Assembly: GCA_028826165.1 (NCBI GenBank)
Contig: JAPDFW010000076.1
Span: forward strand, 186,001-250,000
DNA length: 64,000 nucleotides
Source: Anaeramoeba ignava BMAN
Taxonomy: Eukaryota > Protista > Anaeramoebae
Direction of reading: 5' to 3'
The translations under genes and the position numbers were made by a program. Of the stretch, positions 24,946 to 37,457 are shown in pieces (the first letter of the stretch is position 1; each line of letters opens with the position of its first letter). Under the pieces are notes generated by a model. That model was given only the letters and a program-made list of their open reading frames with translations. It was not told the origin of the DNA and made no database searches.

Positions 24946-27900
24946 TTATTTAAATTTAGTTTTTAATCCTTCAATTTGATCATCAAAACTTGAATCAGGA
25001 TTTAATCGGTAAAATTCAACTGCATCTTCAATTTCTTCAACTTTTTCAAGTGTCATTAATGGATCTAATTTATCAGTATATAAGAAATTAATAAAGAATT
25101 CCATTGCTTCTTTACTTTTTTCACTATAATCATGAACCTCATTTGATGAATCGTTCACACTAAGAAACATTTCTCTAAAAAGACCACTTCTAGCAAGTAA
25201 AACAACACTATGAACATTAATTCTAGTTTCTGCACAAATTATTGAAAAATCAGCTGAACTTCGATTATCATATGCTTTTTTGAGATCACGTAGTAATCCT
25301 TTTTTATATGCCTTTTCTTCCCAATTAATCCCGATTTCTTTGCAAATTTCTTCAATTACTGATGATGATATCTTTTTGTTCACATTTCCTGAATAAATAA
25401 ACTCAATAAACGCTTTCACTTCTTCATCTGTTCGATTCCCAAGAACTTCAGCAACTTTGTTTAATTTATCTTCTCCAATTCGAATTTTCAACATTGAAGA
25501 ATGAACAAAATATGATCCTTCTTTTGAGTGTATTTTCAAATCACATTTTTCTTGTCTTTGGAATATTCCATAAAAATCTTCATTATAACTATTAAATTTC
25601 TTTAAAATAATTGTTGGAATATAAGATCTTCTATTGTAATCAAGTGGTGTCATTCTCTTTTAAACAAAATTAAACAAAAACAAAAGCAATTTGAATATTT
25701 CTAATTCCCAATTTAAATAATAATTTTAATAATAATATTACAAACTATTCCATTAAAAAGAAAAGTTTTTTTTTATTATTTTTTTTTCTAAATTTTTATT
25801 TTTATTTTTACATTCTAAAAAAATTTTTTGGAAATTAAAATTTTCTTTTCTTTTCTTTTCTTTTCTTTTCTTTTCTTTTCAAACATTTTCAATTGATAAA
25901 TCAGCTCCTGCATTCAATAAAACTTGAATAATTTCAAAAGGAAGAGAATACCAAAAACATAAGTGAAGTGGAGTATTTCCCTAATAAGTTTTTTACTTAT
26001 TTTTTTTAATACAATTTATTTTCATTTTCTCTAAATTTTATTTACATTCTTCAATTATAACAAATTTTCAAAATGAATACAATTTATTCTAAATAAATTT
26101 TTTTTTAATTTTTAAAATAAACAAACTTTCTATTATTTTTTTTTCAAATTAATAAATAGATTAATAAATAAATTAATAATTTTTATTATACATTTTGTAA
26201 ATTGACATCTGCTCCTGAATTAATAAGATAAGTAAAAATATCTTTTTCTTTGTTATTTTGACAAAGAAGATGAAGTGGTGTATTTCCCTAATAATAATTT
26301 TTTTTTAATTATAGATTAGTTTTATTTTTATTTTTGAAAAAAAAGATAAATAAAATTTCTTAATTACAAACTATTTGGAAAAAACAAAAATAAACATTAA
26401 ATTTAAAACAAAACAAAACCAAAAATATTTTTGTATTTTACTTCCTTTTTTATTTAGAAATAAATTTTAGATATTTTCTAAATAAATAAAAAAAAATTAT
26501 TTAATAAAAATTTTACATTCTGTTCATTAACATCTAATCCTAATTCAATTAAATATTTGATCATTTGGAGATCTCGACTTTTTTGGCAATAAGAATGAAG
26601 AAGAGTAGAACCCTATTTATTAAATTAAATTAAATTATTTTTATTTTTAAATATGAAAGAAAATTTTACAATCTAATTAAATTTTATCCAAAAAAAAAAA
26701 AAAACAATCAAAAATCTTTTTCTTTTGTTCTTATTAAAAATTTCTTAAAAAAATTACAGCCTAATTAATTCCCAAAAATTAATCTTTTTGTTCTTTTTTT
26801 TTTTTTTATAAAAAGAAAGAAAAAAAAAATTACATCTTTCATTTTGCAATCAAAGTTTTTTGAAATGAGAAAATTGATAATTTCAGTACTTGAACCAGAA
26901 TCTGTATTAATATAAGATAAATTGAATCCCTAATAAAAAAAAATATTATGATATTAATATCATTAATAGAAATATTTTTTATTTTGATCTGTTAAGATCA
27001 ATTTACTTTTTTATCTTTTAAAATATCTTCACTGTAAAGCATTTTTACTAAATCAATTGATTTGGAATTGATACAAGCATAATCAAAAGGAGTATATCCC
27101 TTTTTGTTTTTATAATATAAGTAATTAAAAAGATCGAATAAGAGATGAAAAATAAAATTTACAAACTAATAAATGATAAAATTAATTATTTAAAGAAATT
27201 TGAAAATTAACAAATTATATTTTACGTTCTATTGAAAAATATTTTTTTTTAAGTTTTAGAAAATTTTTCAAAAATTTTGTTCTTCTTTTCTTTTTTTTTG
27301 GTTTACATTAGTTGCTGTTAAGGAAGAATTCTTTTCAAATACTATCTTAACTAACTCTTTATTTCCTGTACGTGCTGCAATATGAAGAATTGTATCATTC
27401 TATTTATTTCCACAAAAAAAAAGTTATTTAAATATTTCCTAATAAAAATATTAATAAAAATACATTCTAAAAATGAATTAGAAATAATTTTAATTAAAAT
27501 ATAAATTAGCAAATAATAAAATAATGGAATACAATCTAAATCATTTTGAAAATGAATATAAGAGAATTTTGGAATAAATAAAAGTAATTTTTTTTTCACT
27601 GTTTTAATAGATGTATCTGCTCCTTTTGAAAGTAAAAAAATAACATTTGGAATGATTTGTTTTTTAATTGCATAAAATAATGGTGTTTCTCCCTTAAAAT
27701 GAAATTAAATAAAATAAGATTAAAATGATTTTATTTATTCAAATTTAAAAATTACAAACTAAAAGAAAATTGATGATTTAATTAATTAATTAAAAAAAAA
27801 GGAAAACTCTTTTTTATATTTTTATATTTATTTTTCTTTTACTTTCTATTAATAAAAAAGAAATCATTTTAAATCAAAAAAGAGAATTTTCTTTTTTTTT

Positions 27901-28344
27901 TTTTAGAATTACATTTTTTGAATTAATATCAAAATGTTTAAGACCAAATTGGAGAACTTCATCTGTTTGAGGAAGTTTGCAAATATAATGAAGCAAAGTA
28001 TTATTTTTCTATTAAAATTTCAAATTAAATTAAATTAAATCAAAAATAATTTAGAATTTTTTTTATTTTATTTTATTTTTTGGATTAAAATACTTTAGAA
28101 GAAAATTTAAAAGATTTTTTTTCAATCATATTTTGAATAACTGTAAGAGCACCATCCTTAGTTAAATGAGCTGCACATTTAAATATCTATATTAAAATAA
28201 AAAGAATATTTTAAATTTGCTTTTTGCTTTTTCTTCTTTTTTTTTGAATTTAAATAAAATAAAATTAAATACCCAATGTTGATCGTTATTAGAAATATTA
28301 GGTTTTTCTGAATGTTCTTTTAAAGTTTTTACTTGATAAGACAT
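24946..28344 (-). CDS. Ankyrin-repeat + tandem BTB/POZ protein; 11 ordinary exons (28344-28273, 28186-28094, 28008-27913, 27692-27600, 27399-27307, 27099-27007, 26929-26834, 26612-26517, 26287-26192, 25980-25885, 25656-24946) plus 14 3-nt microexons
   Basis: The 93/96-nt phase-0 exons each encode one ankyrin repeat (e.g. GNTPLHLLCQNNKEKDIFTYLINSGADVNLQN). The last exon has BTB motifs (ADFSIIC...VHSVVLLARSGLFREMF...FINFLYTD). Confidence 0.9.
25742..27845 (-). other. Array of 14 single-codon microexons (AG|NNN|GT), two per ankyrin-repeat junction
   Basis: 27845-43 AAA, 27758-56 TTT; 27535-33 ATT, 27466-64 AAT; 27228-26 AAC, 27165-63 TTT; 26760-58 GCT, 26672-70 ATT; 26444-42 GAA, 26370-68 TTT; 26129-27 AAA, 26048-46 AAT; 25814-12 AAT, 25744-42 TTT. 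Separating introns are 57-85 nt. Confidence 0.88.
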
Positions 28345-28451
28345 TTACTTTCTTAAATTTAAAATGATTAATTTTAAAAAAAAAAAGAAAAAAAATGAAA
28401 TTTTAATTTTTACATTTTTCATTTTTCTTTTTTATTTAAAAATAATCAAAA

Positions 28452-29747
28452 ATGGATAAAATTGAAGAATTAATTGAAAAACTTGATAAAATTACATCCA
28501 ATTTAGAAAAAATTGCAGATCAAGAAGAATTTTATGAGAAATTTTATGAAGAAAAAGTGAAAAAAATTGAAAAAACAAGAATTATAATGGAATTTGAAGA
28601 AATTATGCAATTAATAAATAAAGATTTTGAAGCAAGTTACAAAAAAATTGGGGGTGAAATTGAAGTGATTAGCACATTTTGGAAACAAGGAATGGAATTT
28701 ACATACAGACTTATATGTCTAGCAGAGACCTATTCAAATCCAAAAAATAGTAAAACACTTGAATTGCTATTTGAACCGTTAAAAAAACAAATTGAACTAG
28801 CAAATGATTTTAAAGAGAGCCAAAGAAAATCTGAGTATTTTGATTTTTTGGTTGCTATTTCTAATGGAATTCCTGCACTGAGTTGGGTTGAGAAGACCAA
28901 TTTGCATATTACACACTATGTGGAAAAATATATGGATTCTGCTTGTTTTAATTCAAATAAAATTATTCGAAACAAAGATTTCCAAAATACAGAATATTCA
29001 AATTGGGCAATTTTATTCAACCAATCATTAAATCAGCTTCATGAGTTTTTGAAGCAGCATTACAGCTTTGGTTTAACATGGAATCTTAAACAGAAAGAAT
29101 GCACAATAGATGATATTGATGAATATTTAGAATATTTCAAAGAAACTCAAAAAGAAAATTCAAATTCAAATTCAAAACAAGAAACAGATATTTCTGAAAA
29201 AAATGAAAATGAAAATAAAAATGAAAATGAAAATGAAAATGAAAATAATAAAAGTGATTCAAATGCAAGAATTGAAAAAACTGAATGGATTGTGGAATTT
29301 CAAAAGGGAAAAAAAGAGGGAATTAAAATTACAAACACTTCACGCAAACAAAATGTTCATATTTTCAAATGCGAAGATTCTGTTATAATAATTGAAGGGA
29401 TAGTCAATAGTATTGTTGTTGATCAATGTTTGAGATGTGGAATTATTGTTGAAAAATCGACTTCTGTTCATGCAATCAGATGTCAAAACATCAAAATTCA
29501 AATCAAAACAAAAACACCAACAATCCAAATTGAACACACTAATGGATGTTATGTTTATTTATCTCAATCAAGTTTGAAATCAGAAATCACAACTTCAAAA
29601 TCAACAGGAATGTATCTTGTTATTCCCAAAAAATCACTGGATAACGATGGAGAACAAGAAAAAGAAATTCCACTTCCAGAAAGATTCAGAACAATTTATG
29701 ATAAACCAACAAGGCAAATAGTGACTGAAACAATCAAGCACATTTAA
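28452..29747 (+). CDS. CAP: Adenylyl cyclase-associated protein (CAP/Srv2)-like
   Basis: Helical folded domain (AISNGIPALSWV...DSACFNSNKI...HYSFGLTWN) and CARP domain (WIVEFQ...VNSIVVDQC...EIPLPERF). Confidence 0.88.
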   Translation: MDKIEELIEKLDKITSNLEKIADQEEFYEKFYEEKVKKIEKTRIIMEFEEIMQLINKDFEASYKKIGGEIEVISTFWKQGMEFTYRLICLAETYSNPKNSKTLELLFEPLKKQIELANDFKESQRKSEYFDFLVAISNGIPALSWVEKTNLHITHYVEKYMDSACFNSNKIIRNKDFQNTEYSNWAILFNQSLNQLHEFLKQHYSFGLTWNLKQKECTIDDIDEYLEYFKETQKENSNSNSKQETDISEKNENENKNENENENENNKSDSNARIEKTEWIVEFQKGKKEGIKITNTSRKQNVHIFKCEDSVIIIEGIVNSIVVDQCLRCGIIVEKSTSVHAIRCQNIKIQIKTKTPTIQIEHTNGCYVYLSQSSLKSEITTSKSTGMYLVIPKKSLDNDGEQEKEIPLPERFRTIYDKPTRQIVTETIKHI

Positions 29748-29895
29748 TCATTTCATTCTTAATTTTAATTTTCTAATTTTTCAAAATAATTTATTTCCAA
29801 AATCCAAAAATTATTTTCCAAAAATTTTCTTTTCTTTTCTTTTCAGAAGTTTTCATTTTAAAAAGTTTTAAAATAAAAAGAAGAAGATTAAAAAA

Positions 29896-30855
29896 TCATT
29901 TTTGTTTTAGTTGTTTTTTTTGTAAAATCCCTTTCAATTCTTCATTTTCTAAAGCAATTTTTTTATATTCTAATAAAATATCACGCAAATCACGAATATT
30001 CAATTTTTCAAGAGGAACATTTTCAAATAAATATTTTGGTTCATTTTCTTCAGATTTAATCTGGTTCATGTGATTTTCAAATTCTTCTTGAGACATTAAG
30101 ACCTGTTGAGCAGTAAGATTTTCCAAGAAGCGAACAGCAGAAGAGAAATTAGTAAAATAATAACCAGCTTGGGTCATTGAAAGAAGGTTTGAATTTTTAA
30201 AACGAAGAATGTATTCGATATTTGAGTGAATATTAAGAGGATTTGCATGCAAAACTTGGTAAATAAAAAATGGAAAGAAAGAATCTGCACCATTCATATT
30301 TGCCCTATCAAGAATTTTGTTAATTTGGTTGCAAGATTCGCATATCCTCTCAATTTTGTCATGAGGATTTTTTGCATTGTTGATTTCTTGCAGTTTTTTT
30401 CTTGCTTTATGAGCTCCTTTTTGTTTTACAAGATCTTCTGGAATTTCTAAGTGTTTTGGCTTGATAAAAGAAAGCTTGCGGAAAAACGCTCGCAAAGCCT
30501 TATCTTTCTCTTCATCCTCTTTGGGATTGAGTCTAAATGTTCTTGTGTACATTTTCCTTAAAATATATCGTTCAAAATATTCTCTGAATTCATTTGTTTT
30601 TTGTTTGATTGTTTTTTCTCTTTTCTGTTGTTTATTCCATTTCAAAATGTGTTTTTCAACTGTTTCTTGTGTGATTTTGTCAATAAACTCAATTATTTTG
30701 TTGTCATTTTCTCTTGGATCTTCTTTTTTTCTTTGGTGTAATAATATTACAATTCCTCTTCTTATTTTTTGATATAAAGTTTGTGATTTATCTTTTTTAA
30801 TAAAATTATAAAAATCAAAATAACGATGAATTTTTAAAAAATCTTCAAAATTCAT
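29896..30855 (-). CDS. VPS9-domain protein (Rab5-family GEF)
   Basis: AKNPHDKIERI, GADSFFPFFIY, ANPLNIHSNIEYI, GYYFTNFSSAVRFL. True start is probably the ATG at 30855 (MNFEDF). Confidence 0.9.
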   Translation of the reverse strand: MNFEDFLKIHRYFDFYNFIKKDKSQTLYQKIRRGIVILLHQRKKEDPRENDNKIIEFIDKITQETVEKHILKWNKQQKREKTIKQKTNEFREYFERYILRKMYTRTFRLNPKEDEEKDKALRAFFRKLSFIKPKHLEIPEDLVKQKGAHKARKKLQEINNAKNPHDKIERICESCNQINKILDRANMNGADSFFPFFIYQVLHANPLNIHSNIEYILRFKNSNLLSMTQAGYYFTNFSSAVRFLENLTAQQVLMSQEEFENHMNQIKSEENEPKYLFENVPLEKLNIRDLRDILLEYKKIALENEELKGILQKKQLKQK

Positions 30856-31014
30856 TTTTTTTTTTAAAGAATAGAAAGAAAAAGAAAAAAAGAAAGAGAA
30901 AAAAAATGAATTTTGAAGATTTTTTAAATGAAAAATTTCAAAAAAAAAAAAAATGGAATTTTGGAAAAATTGTTCCTTTTTCAAATTAAAAAAAAAAAAT
31001 TATTATTATTATTT

Positions 31015-33184
31015 CTATAGTTGAGATATAACTAAATTATTTCTTGAAGGTTGAAAGAAAAACTCAATAAATGTCTCAGTAAAATCACAAAGATTCTTAT
31101 TAAATTTATCAGTGTAAAATTTTTCGGATCCTTCAAGATAATAATAAACAGATTCTTCTTCTGATTCAAACCAACAAATTGTAGCAATTATATTATTGAC
31201 AAATTTAAAACTCAAAATTTCATTTCCACTTTCAACAGAATTTTTTTGAAAGGAAAAACTGAGACGATCCAAATCCTGGAATTGCTTCTTTGCATTTGAT
31301 AGCGTGATGTCGCTCAGTCTTGATTGGTGAAAATTATTGAATTTCATTGAGCGAGAATTGGGAACGATATTTGTGAACAATTTGCATTTTTTATCGCGAG
31401 TTGAACTATCAAAGTTCTGCGAAACGTCGCGAATGGAAATGATTGAAACACCATCCAAATCTTTGAAATAATTGCCGCCGTTCCTGATTCTGTTGAAGAT
31501 GTTGCGATAAATATTGGTGAAATCTTTTGACTGACATCGGATGATTCCCTTTTCGGTTGAGTAAAATCCAAATTGGGTTTTCAATTCATCGTATTTTTGC
31601 TTCAAAGTTTGTTTTTTATAATGATTGAGATAATTTGCCAATTCGGATATTGCAGTTGCAGCTGAAATTCCGTCTCTGTATAAGGATTTTTCTCCTGTCA
31701 AATAACTGAAATCTTCATCAAATCCAAAAAGAAATTTAACTCCTGTTTCCTGTAGCTTTGATGCGCAATTCCCAATCCATTTCACTCCTGGCAATGATTC
31801 CTGGTATTGGAATCCCTCTTTTTTTGCCATTTCTTCCAACATTTTAGTTGATGTTATTGTGTTTATTAAGGCTACATTTTTTGTTTCAATTTCTGGTGAC
31901 AATTTCCGGAAATTTATCATATGCCACCAAGATAAAAGAATCCCAATTTCATTTGCAGTGAAGAAATACCAACCTTTATCTATTAAATATTATTTCCAAT
32001 TTTTTGTTTTAAATTTGATTTGATTTTTTTTTATCAGAAAAAAGTGTTTTTTTTTTAAAACATTCCAAAATTATTTTTCTACCAATTTTCTCAAAAACAA
32101 ACAATCTTCCACAATCATAATCATTTAAAAGTATGATATTTGAATCTTTTCTTTCAGCCAATCGTGTGACATGGCCAAACAACTTGGAAAATTCGTTCTT
32201 GAATATTCTGCGAAGTTCCCTCGATGTTTCATCTTCAATAACAGCAACAGGAACTGAAAACCACGAAAAAGCTGTTTGAATCCATTTTGTCCAAGAAGAA
32301 TTGACTGGGAAATAACTTATTGAAATTGGAGAAGCAATTTTCAAAATGTTGAGATACGAAAAATTATCCTTCAAATATTCATAATATTCCCTCGTGTTCT
32401 TGATGATCTGCGAATTATTTAATTTGGAATTATCCGTGGTTTCCATTTCTTGAGATTGTCTTGAATTTTCAATCAAATCATTCGAAATTGATGTCTGTAA
32501 TCTCTGAAGAAATAATTGCATCATGATATCATCATGAGGGAAAGAAAGTTCTGCTCCATCATTCCAAAAAATTCTATAAATAAATTTATTATCAGAATTC
32601 ATTGATCCTGTGATCATTATTCCCGCAACAAATTGCGAAAATTTGACTGAAAAAGAGAGCAATCCAATAGGAATTGGCTCTTGATAAATTTCGCAATTGA
32701 TTTGATTTTTGACAAAAATTTCTGCTATAATTTGTGCATATTTTTTCGCTTGTTCGTCTTCATCATAACCCAATATAATTCCATTTCTTTCTAATTTTTC
32801 TTTTGGATATAACGAATTTAAATAATCCATCAATGTTTCTGTGTATTCCTTCAAAATTGACAAAGTTGTTGTTGCTTTTGTTGTTGTCATTGTTTTATTT
32901 GGGTTTGTGATAACTAACCCTGAACGTTTATCTAATCCATTGCATATTTTTATGTGCTGAATTAATTTGTATAAGTTATTTTTGGTATTTTTATATTCAT
33001 TTTCGTTTTCATTTTCATTTTCTTTTTCATTTTCATTTTCATTTTCATTTTCATTTTCGTTTTCGTTTTCATTTTCATTGTTTTTGAATAATTTCCATGT
33101 TATAACTCCTGCTGCAACACTTATAACCACTCCAAAAATAAAAACTTTCACTTTTTTTGGATTTGTGTTTGTGATAAAATCCAT
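31015..33184 (-). CDS. Divergent phosphoglucomutase-2-like protein with N-terminal hydrophobic anchor; exons 33184-32083 and 31979-31015
   Basis: PGM2-like GIILGYD, AGIMITGSMN, FTANEIGILL, PGVKWIGN and RDGISA segments. A phase-1 GT-AG intron joins the two ORFs. Confidence 0.8.
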
Positions 33185-33329
33185 TTATTTTAATATAAAT
33201 TTTAAATATTTCTTTTTGATTTAATTTGATTTAATTTGATTTGATGAATAAAAACTTAAAGAAAAAAAATGAAAAAAAAAATGAAAAAAAATTTTTTCTT
33301 CTTTTCCAATAAATAAAAAAACCCCTTTT

Positions 33330-33705
33330 TCAAAATCAAAATGAAAATCAAAATCAATATCAAAATCAAAATTAAAATTATAATCAAAATCAAAATCAAA
33401 AATCAAAATCAATATCAAAATCAAAATCAAAATCAAAATCAAAATCAAAATCAATATCAAAATCAAAATCAAAATCAATATCAACATCAAAATCAATATA
33501 AAATCAAAATCAATATATAAATCAAAATCAATATCAATATCAATATCCAAAATAAAAATCAAAATCAAAATCCAAATCAAAATCCAAATCCAAATCAAAA
33601 TTAAAATTAAAATCAAAATCAAAATCAAAATCAAAATCAAAATCAATATCAACATCAAAATCAAAATCAAAATCAAAATCAAAATCAAAATAAAAATAAA
33701 ATTCA
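33330..33705. repeat. Intergenic (AAAATC)n microsatellite
   Basis: Tandem hexamer. Confidence 0.85.
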
Positions 33706-33715
33706 ATTTAATCCA

Positions 33716-34160
33716 AATATTTTCTTTTCTCTTAAATTTAATTATTATTGATTTAGCAATTAATCCAAAAAAAAGTGAATTTTTTTGCTTTTTTTTTTAA
33801 TTTAAAAAAAAGAAATAAAAATACAAATCTATTTTAAATCTATTTTAAATCTATTCTAAATCTATTTTAAATCTATTTTAATTAAAAAAATAATTTAAAT
33901 CTATTTTAATATTTTAAATCTATTTTAAATCTATTTTAAATCCATTCTAAATCTATTTTAAATTTAAATTTAATTAAAAAAATAATTAAAATATTTTCTT
34001 TTCTCTTAAATTTAATTATTTTTGATTTAACAATTAATCCAAAAAAAAAAGTGAATTTTTTTGCTTTTTTTTTTAATTTAAAAAAAAGGAATAAAAATAC
34101 AAATCTATTTTTAAATCTATTTTAAATCTAAATTTAATTAAAAAAATAATTAAAATATTT
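33716..34160. repeat. Imperfect direct duplication (33716-~33850 vs ~33988-34130) with (AAATCTATTTT)n sub-repeats
   Basis: Two near-identical copies of AAATATTTTCTTTTCTCTTAAATTTAATTATT...GTGAATTTTTTTGC...AAAATACAAATCTATTTT. Confidence 0.8.
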
Positions 34161-34817
34161 TATGCTCGACTGGAATTTTATTATTTTTTTAAATTTTTAA
34201 TTGATCCAAAGAAAGAATTTTATTTTTAATTTTATTTTCAATTCATTTTTTATTCATTTTTTTTTAGATCTTTTTAATTAAAAAAAGTTAAAAAATCGAA
34301 ACTATTTTAAACAATCAATAAATAAGTAAATAAATAAGTAAAAATTGAATAAAAAATAACACCTCAATAAAATACAAAAAGGAAAAAAAGAGAAGAAAAC
34401 AAAAAGAAAAAGAAATAGAAATAAAAATTATTTTTTAATTTCATTCGCAAATTTTTCAATTATAAAATTATTATTCTTAATTTTATTATAAATAAAAATA
34501 AAAAGCAAAAAGAAAAAAAGAAAACTTATTAAAAAAGTTATTTTTAAATTAAAAAATGTTATTAAAAAATGATTTCTTTTTTGCTTTCAAAAAAAAAAAA
34601 AAACAAACAAAAGATCACATTCATCTTATTATTTATTTTTAATTAAAAAAAATTTTAATTTAAATTTCAATTTCAATTTTAAATTATTCTTTTTTTATTT
34701 TTTTAAAAAACCCCTTTTTCATTTATTCCACAAAACTTTTTTTTTTTTTTTCCATTTTTTTTCTTTCAATTTTTAATTAGCAAATTTACTTTTTTTTTTT
34801 CAATAAAACATAAGTAA

Positions 34818-37335
34818 ATGAAAAAAGGAAAAAAGCTTAATTCAAAAACTTCAAAAATAACTCCAAATTTTTTAAAGAAAAGTGGAAAAACCAAAAAACA
34901 AAAAGAATCAAAAAAAGAAATAAAAGAAAAAGATCAAGAAAAAGATCAAAAAATAAAAACTGGTAAGAAATTCCAAAAACACTTATTCAAATAATAAATA
35001 TTTCCTATTCATTGTTGGCATTAAATAAACCTGAATAATTGAAATAATATAATCATTTCAATTTAGATTTAAGGAAAAAAAATAATTTAAAGAAAATTCC
35101 ACTAAAATTTTAAAAAAAAAAAACAAATTTAAATTTAAATAAAATAAACTTAATTTAATAAATTTAGTTGATCAACAAGAAATCCAAAATGAAAGAAAAA
35201 AAGAAACCAAAAATGAAACCAAAAATGAAACCAAAAATGAAACCAAAAATGAAAATCCTTTTTATCAATCAAAATCAGAAAATTTAGATCGAACAAAAAA
35301 TCTAGAAAAGAGAAAACTTTTTCGCAAATCTAAATCAGAAAATCAACTTTTTTCAATTCCTCAACCTACTTTACAGGATCTTCTTATTGTAACAGAACAT
35401 TTACAAACAAAAAGGCAAAGAAAAAAAGAAAATAAAAATCAAAATCAAAATCAAAATCAATATCAATATCCAAATCAATATCCAAATCAATATCAATATC
35501 AATATCAAAATGAAAATCAATATCCAAATCAATATCAATATCAAAATCAAAATGAAAATCAATATCCAAATCAAAATCAAAATCAATATCAAAATCAAAA
35601 TCAAAATCAAAATCAATATCAATATCAATATCAAAATCAAAATCAAAATCAAAATCAAAATCAATATCAAAATCAAAATCAATATCCAAATCAATATCCA
35701 AATCAATATCCAAATCAATATCCAAATCAAAATCAAAATATAAATAAAAATCAAAATCAAAATCAAAATCAAAATCAAAATCAAAATCAAAATCAAAATC
35801 AAAATCAAAATCAAAATCAATATCCAAATCAAAATCAATATCAAAATCAAAATCAAAATCAAAATCAATATCAATATCAATATCCAAATCAATATTCACA
35901 AAATCCATTTTTTATTAATCCTCAATTTCCTTCTCATTATGTTCCTTCACTTTCAGCATATTATTTTTTCAATTCTCAATACAATAATCAATCCAATTTA
36001 ATGACTAATTACAATTCAAATCCTTATTCACAACCTTATTCACATTCATATCCAGATTCATATCTTCCAAGTTTTTCTCAAAATAATTTCATTCGATTTT
36101 TTACAAATTCTGATTCAAATTCACATTTTTCCCGATTTACAAAAAGCTATTCAAATTTCCAAAATATTGATTATTTTGAAGGAGATTTTTATAGAAACAA
36201 TCCACAAATCCAAAATCAAAATCAAAATATAAATCAAAATCAAAATCAAAATCAAAATCAAAATCAAAATCAAAATCAAAATCAAAATCAAAATCAAAAT
36301 ATAAATCAAAATCAAAATCAAAATCAAAATCAAAATCAAAATCAAAATCAAAATCAAAATCAAAATCAAAATCAAAATCAAAATCAAAATCAAAATCAAA
36401 ATAAAAAAAATCAAAATCAAAATCAAAATCAAAATCAAAATCAAAATCAAAATCAAAATCAAAATCAAAATCAAAATCAAAATCAAAATCAAAATGAAAA
36501 TCAAAATCAAAATCAAAATCAAAATCAAAATCAAAATCAAAATCAAAATCAAAATCAAAATGAAAATCAAAATCAAAATCAAAATCAAAATCAAAATCAA
36601 AATCAAAATCAAAATCAAAATGAAAATCAAAATCAAAATGAAACCAAAATGAAAATCAAAATCAAAATCAAAATCAAAATCAAAATCAAAATCAAAATCA
36701 AAATCAAAATCAAAATCAAAATCAAAATCAAAATCAAAAATCAAAATCAAAATCAAAATCAAAATGAAAAAAATGAAAATCAAAATGAAAATCAAAATCA
36801 AAATGAAAATGAAAATCAAAATATAAATCAAAATCAAAATGAAAATCAAAATGAAAATCAAAATCAAAATGAAAATCAAAATGAAAATCAAAATGAAAAT
36901 CAAAATCTAAATCAAAATCAAAATCAAAATGAAAATCAAAATCAAAATCAAAATCAAAATCAAAATCAAAATGAAAATCAAAATCAAAATCAAAATCAAA
37001 ATATAAATCAAAATATAAATCAAAATCAATACCAAAAAAGGAAAATTGGATTGAAAATACAAAAAGGAGATTGTGTTCAAATGTATTCTGAATTAGGAGA
37101 ATCTTTATTTGCAGTGATTCTTGAAATTATTTCTTTTTCAAATTTAGATCAAACATTTTGTAAAGTTCAATGGTTAATTCCAAAAATATCTAATTCTTCT
37201 GGAATTATTAAAGATTCAAATCTAAAAATAGAAAATTTAGAATTAGATGATTTCTATTTAGGTAACATTGAACCATCTTTACAATCAACAAGAACAATCG
37301 CTGCTAAATTAAAATTCAGAATGGAAAATTTTTGA
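34818..37335 (+). CDS. Q/N/Y-rich low-complexity protein with C-terminal BAH-like (GATAD1-like) domain; exons 34818-34962 and 35168-37335
   Basis: Phase-1 GT-AG intron; long NQ/YQ/YP tracts; C-terminus GDCVQMYS...FAVILEI...KVQWLIPK...DFYLGNIEP resembles the GATAD1 BAH-like region (from memory). Confidence 0.6.
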
Positions 37336-37457
37336 TTTAAAAAAAAACAAAGAACCATCTTTTTTTTTTCATTTTTTTTTTCATTTTTTTTCTTACTTTT
37401 TATTTTATTTTATTTTTTAATTTTTATTCATTTTTTTACACTTTTATAATTAAATTA

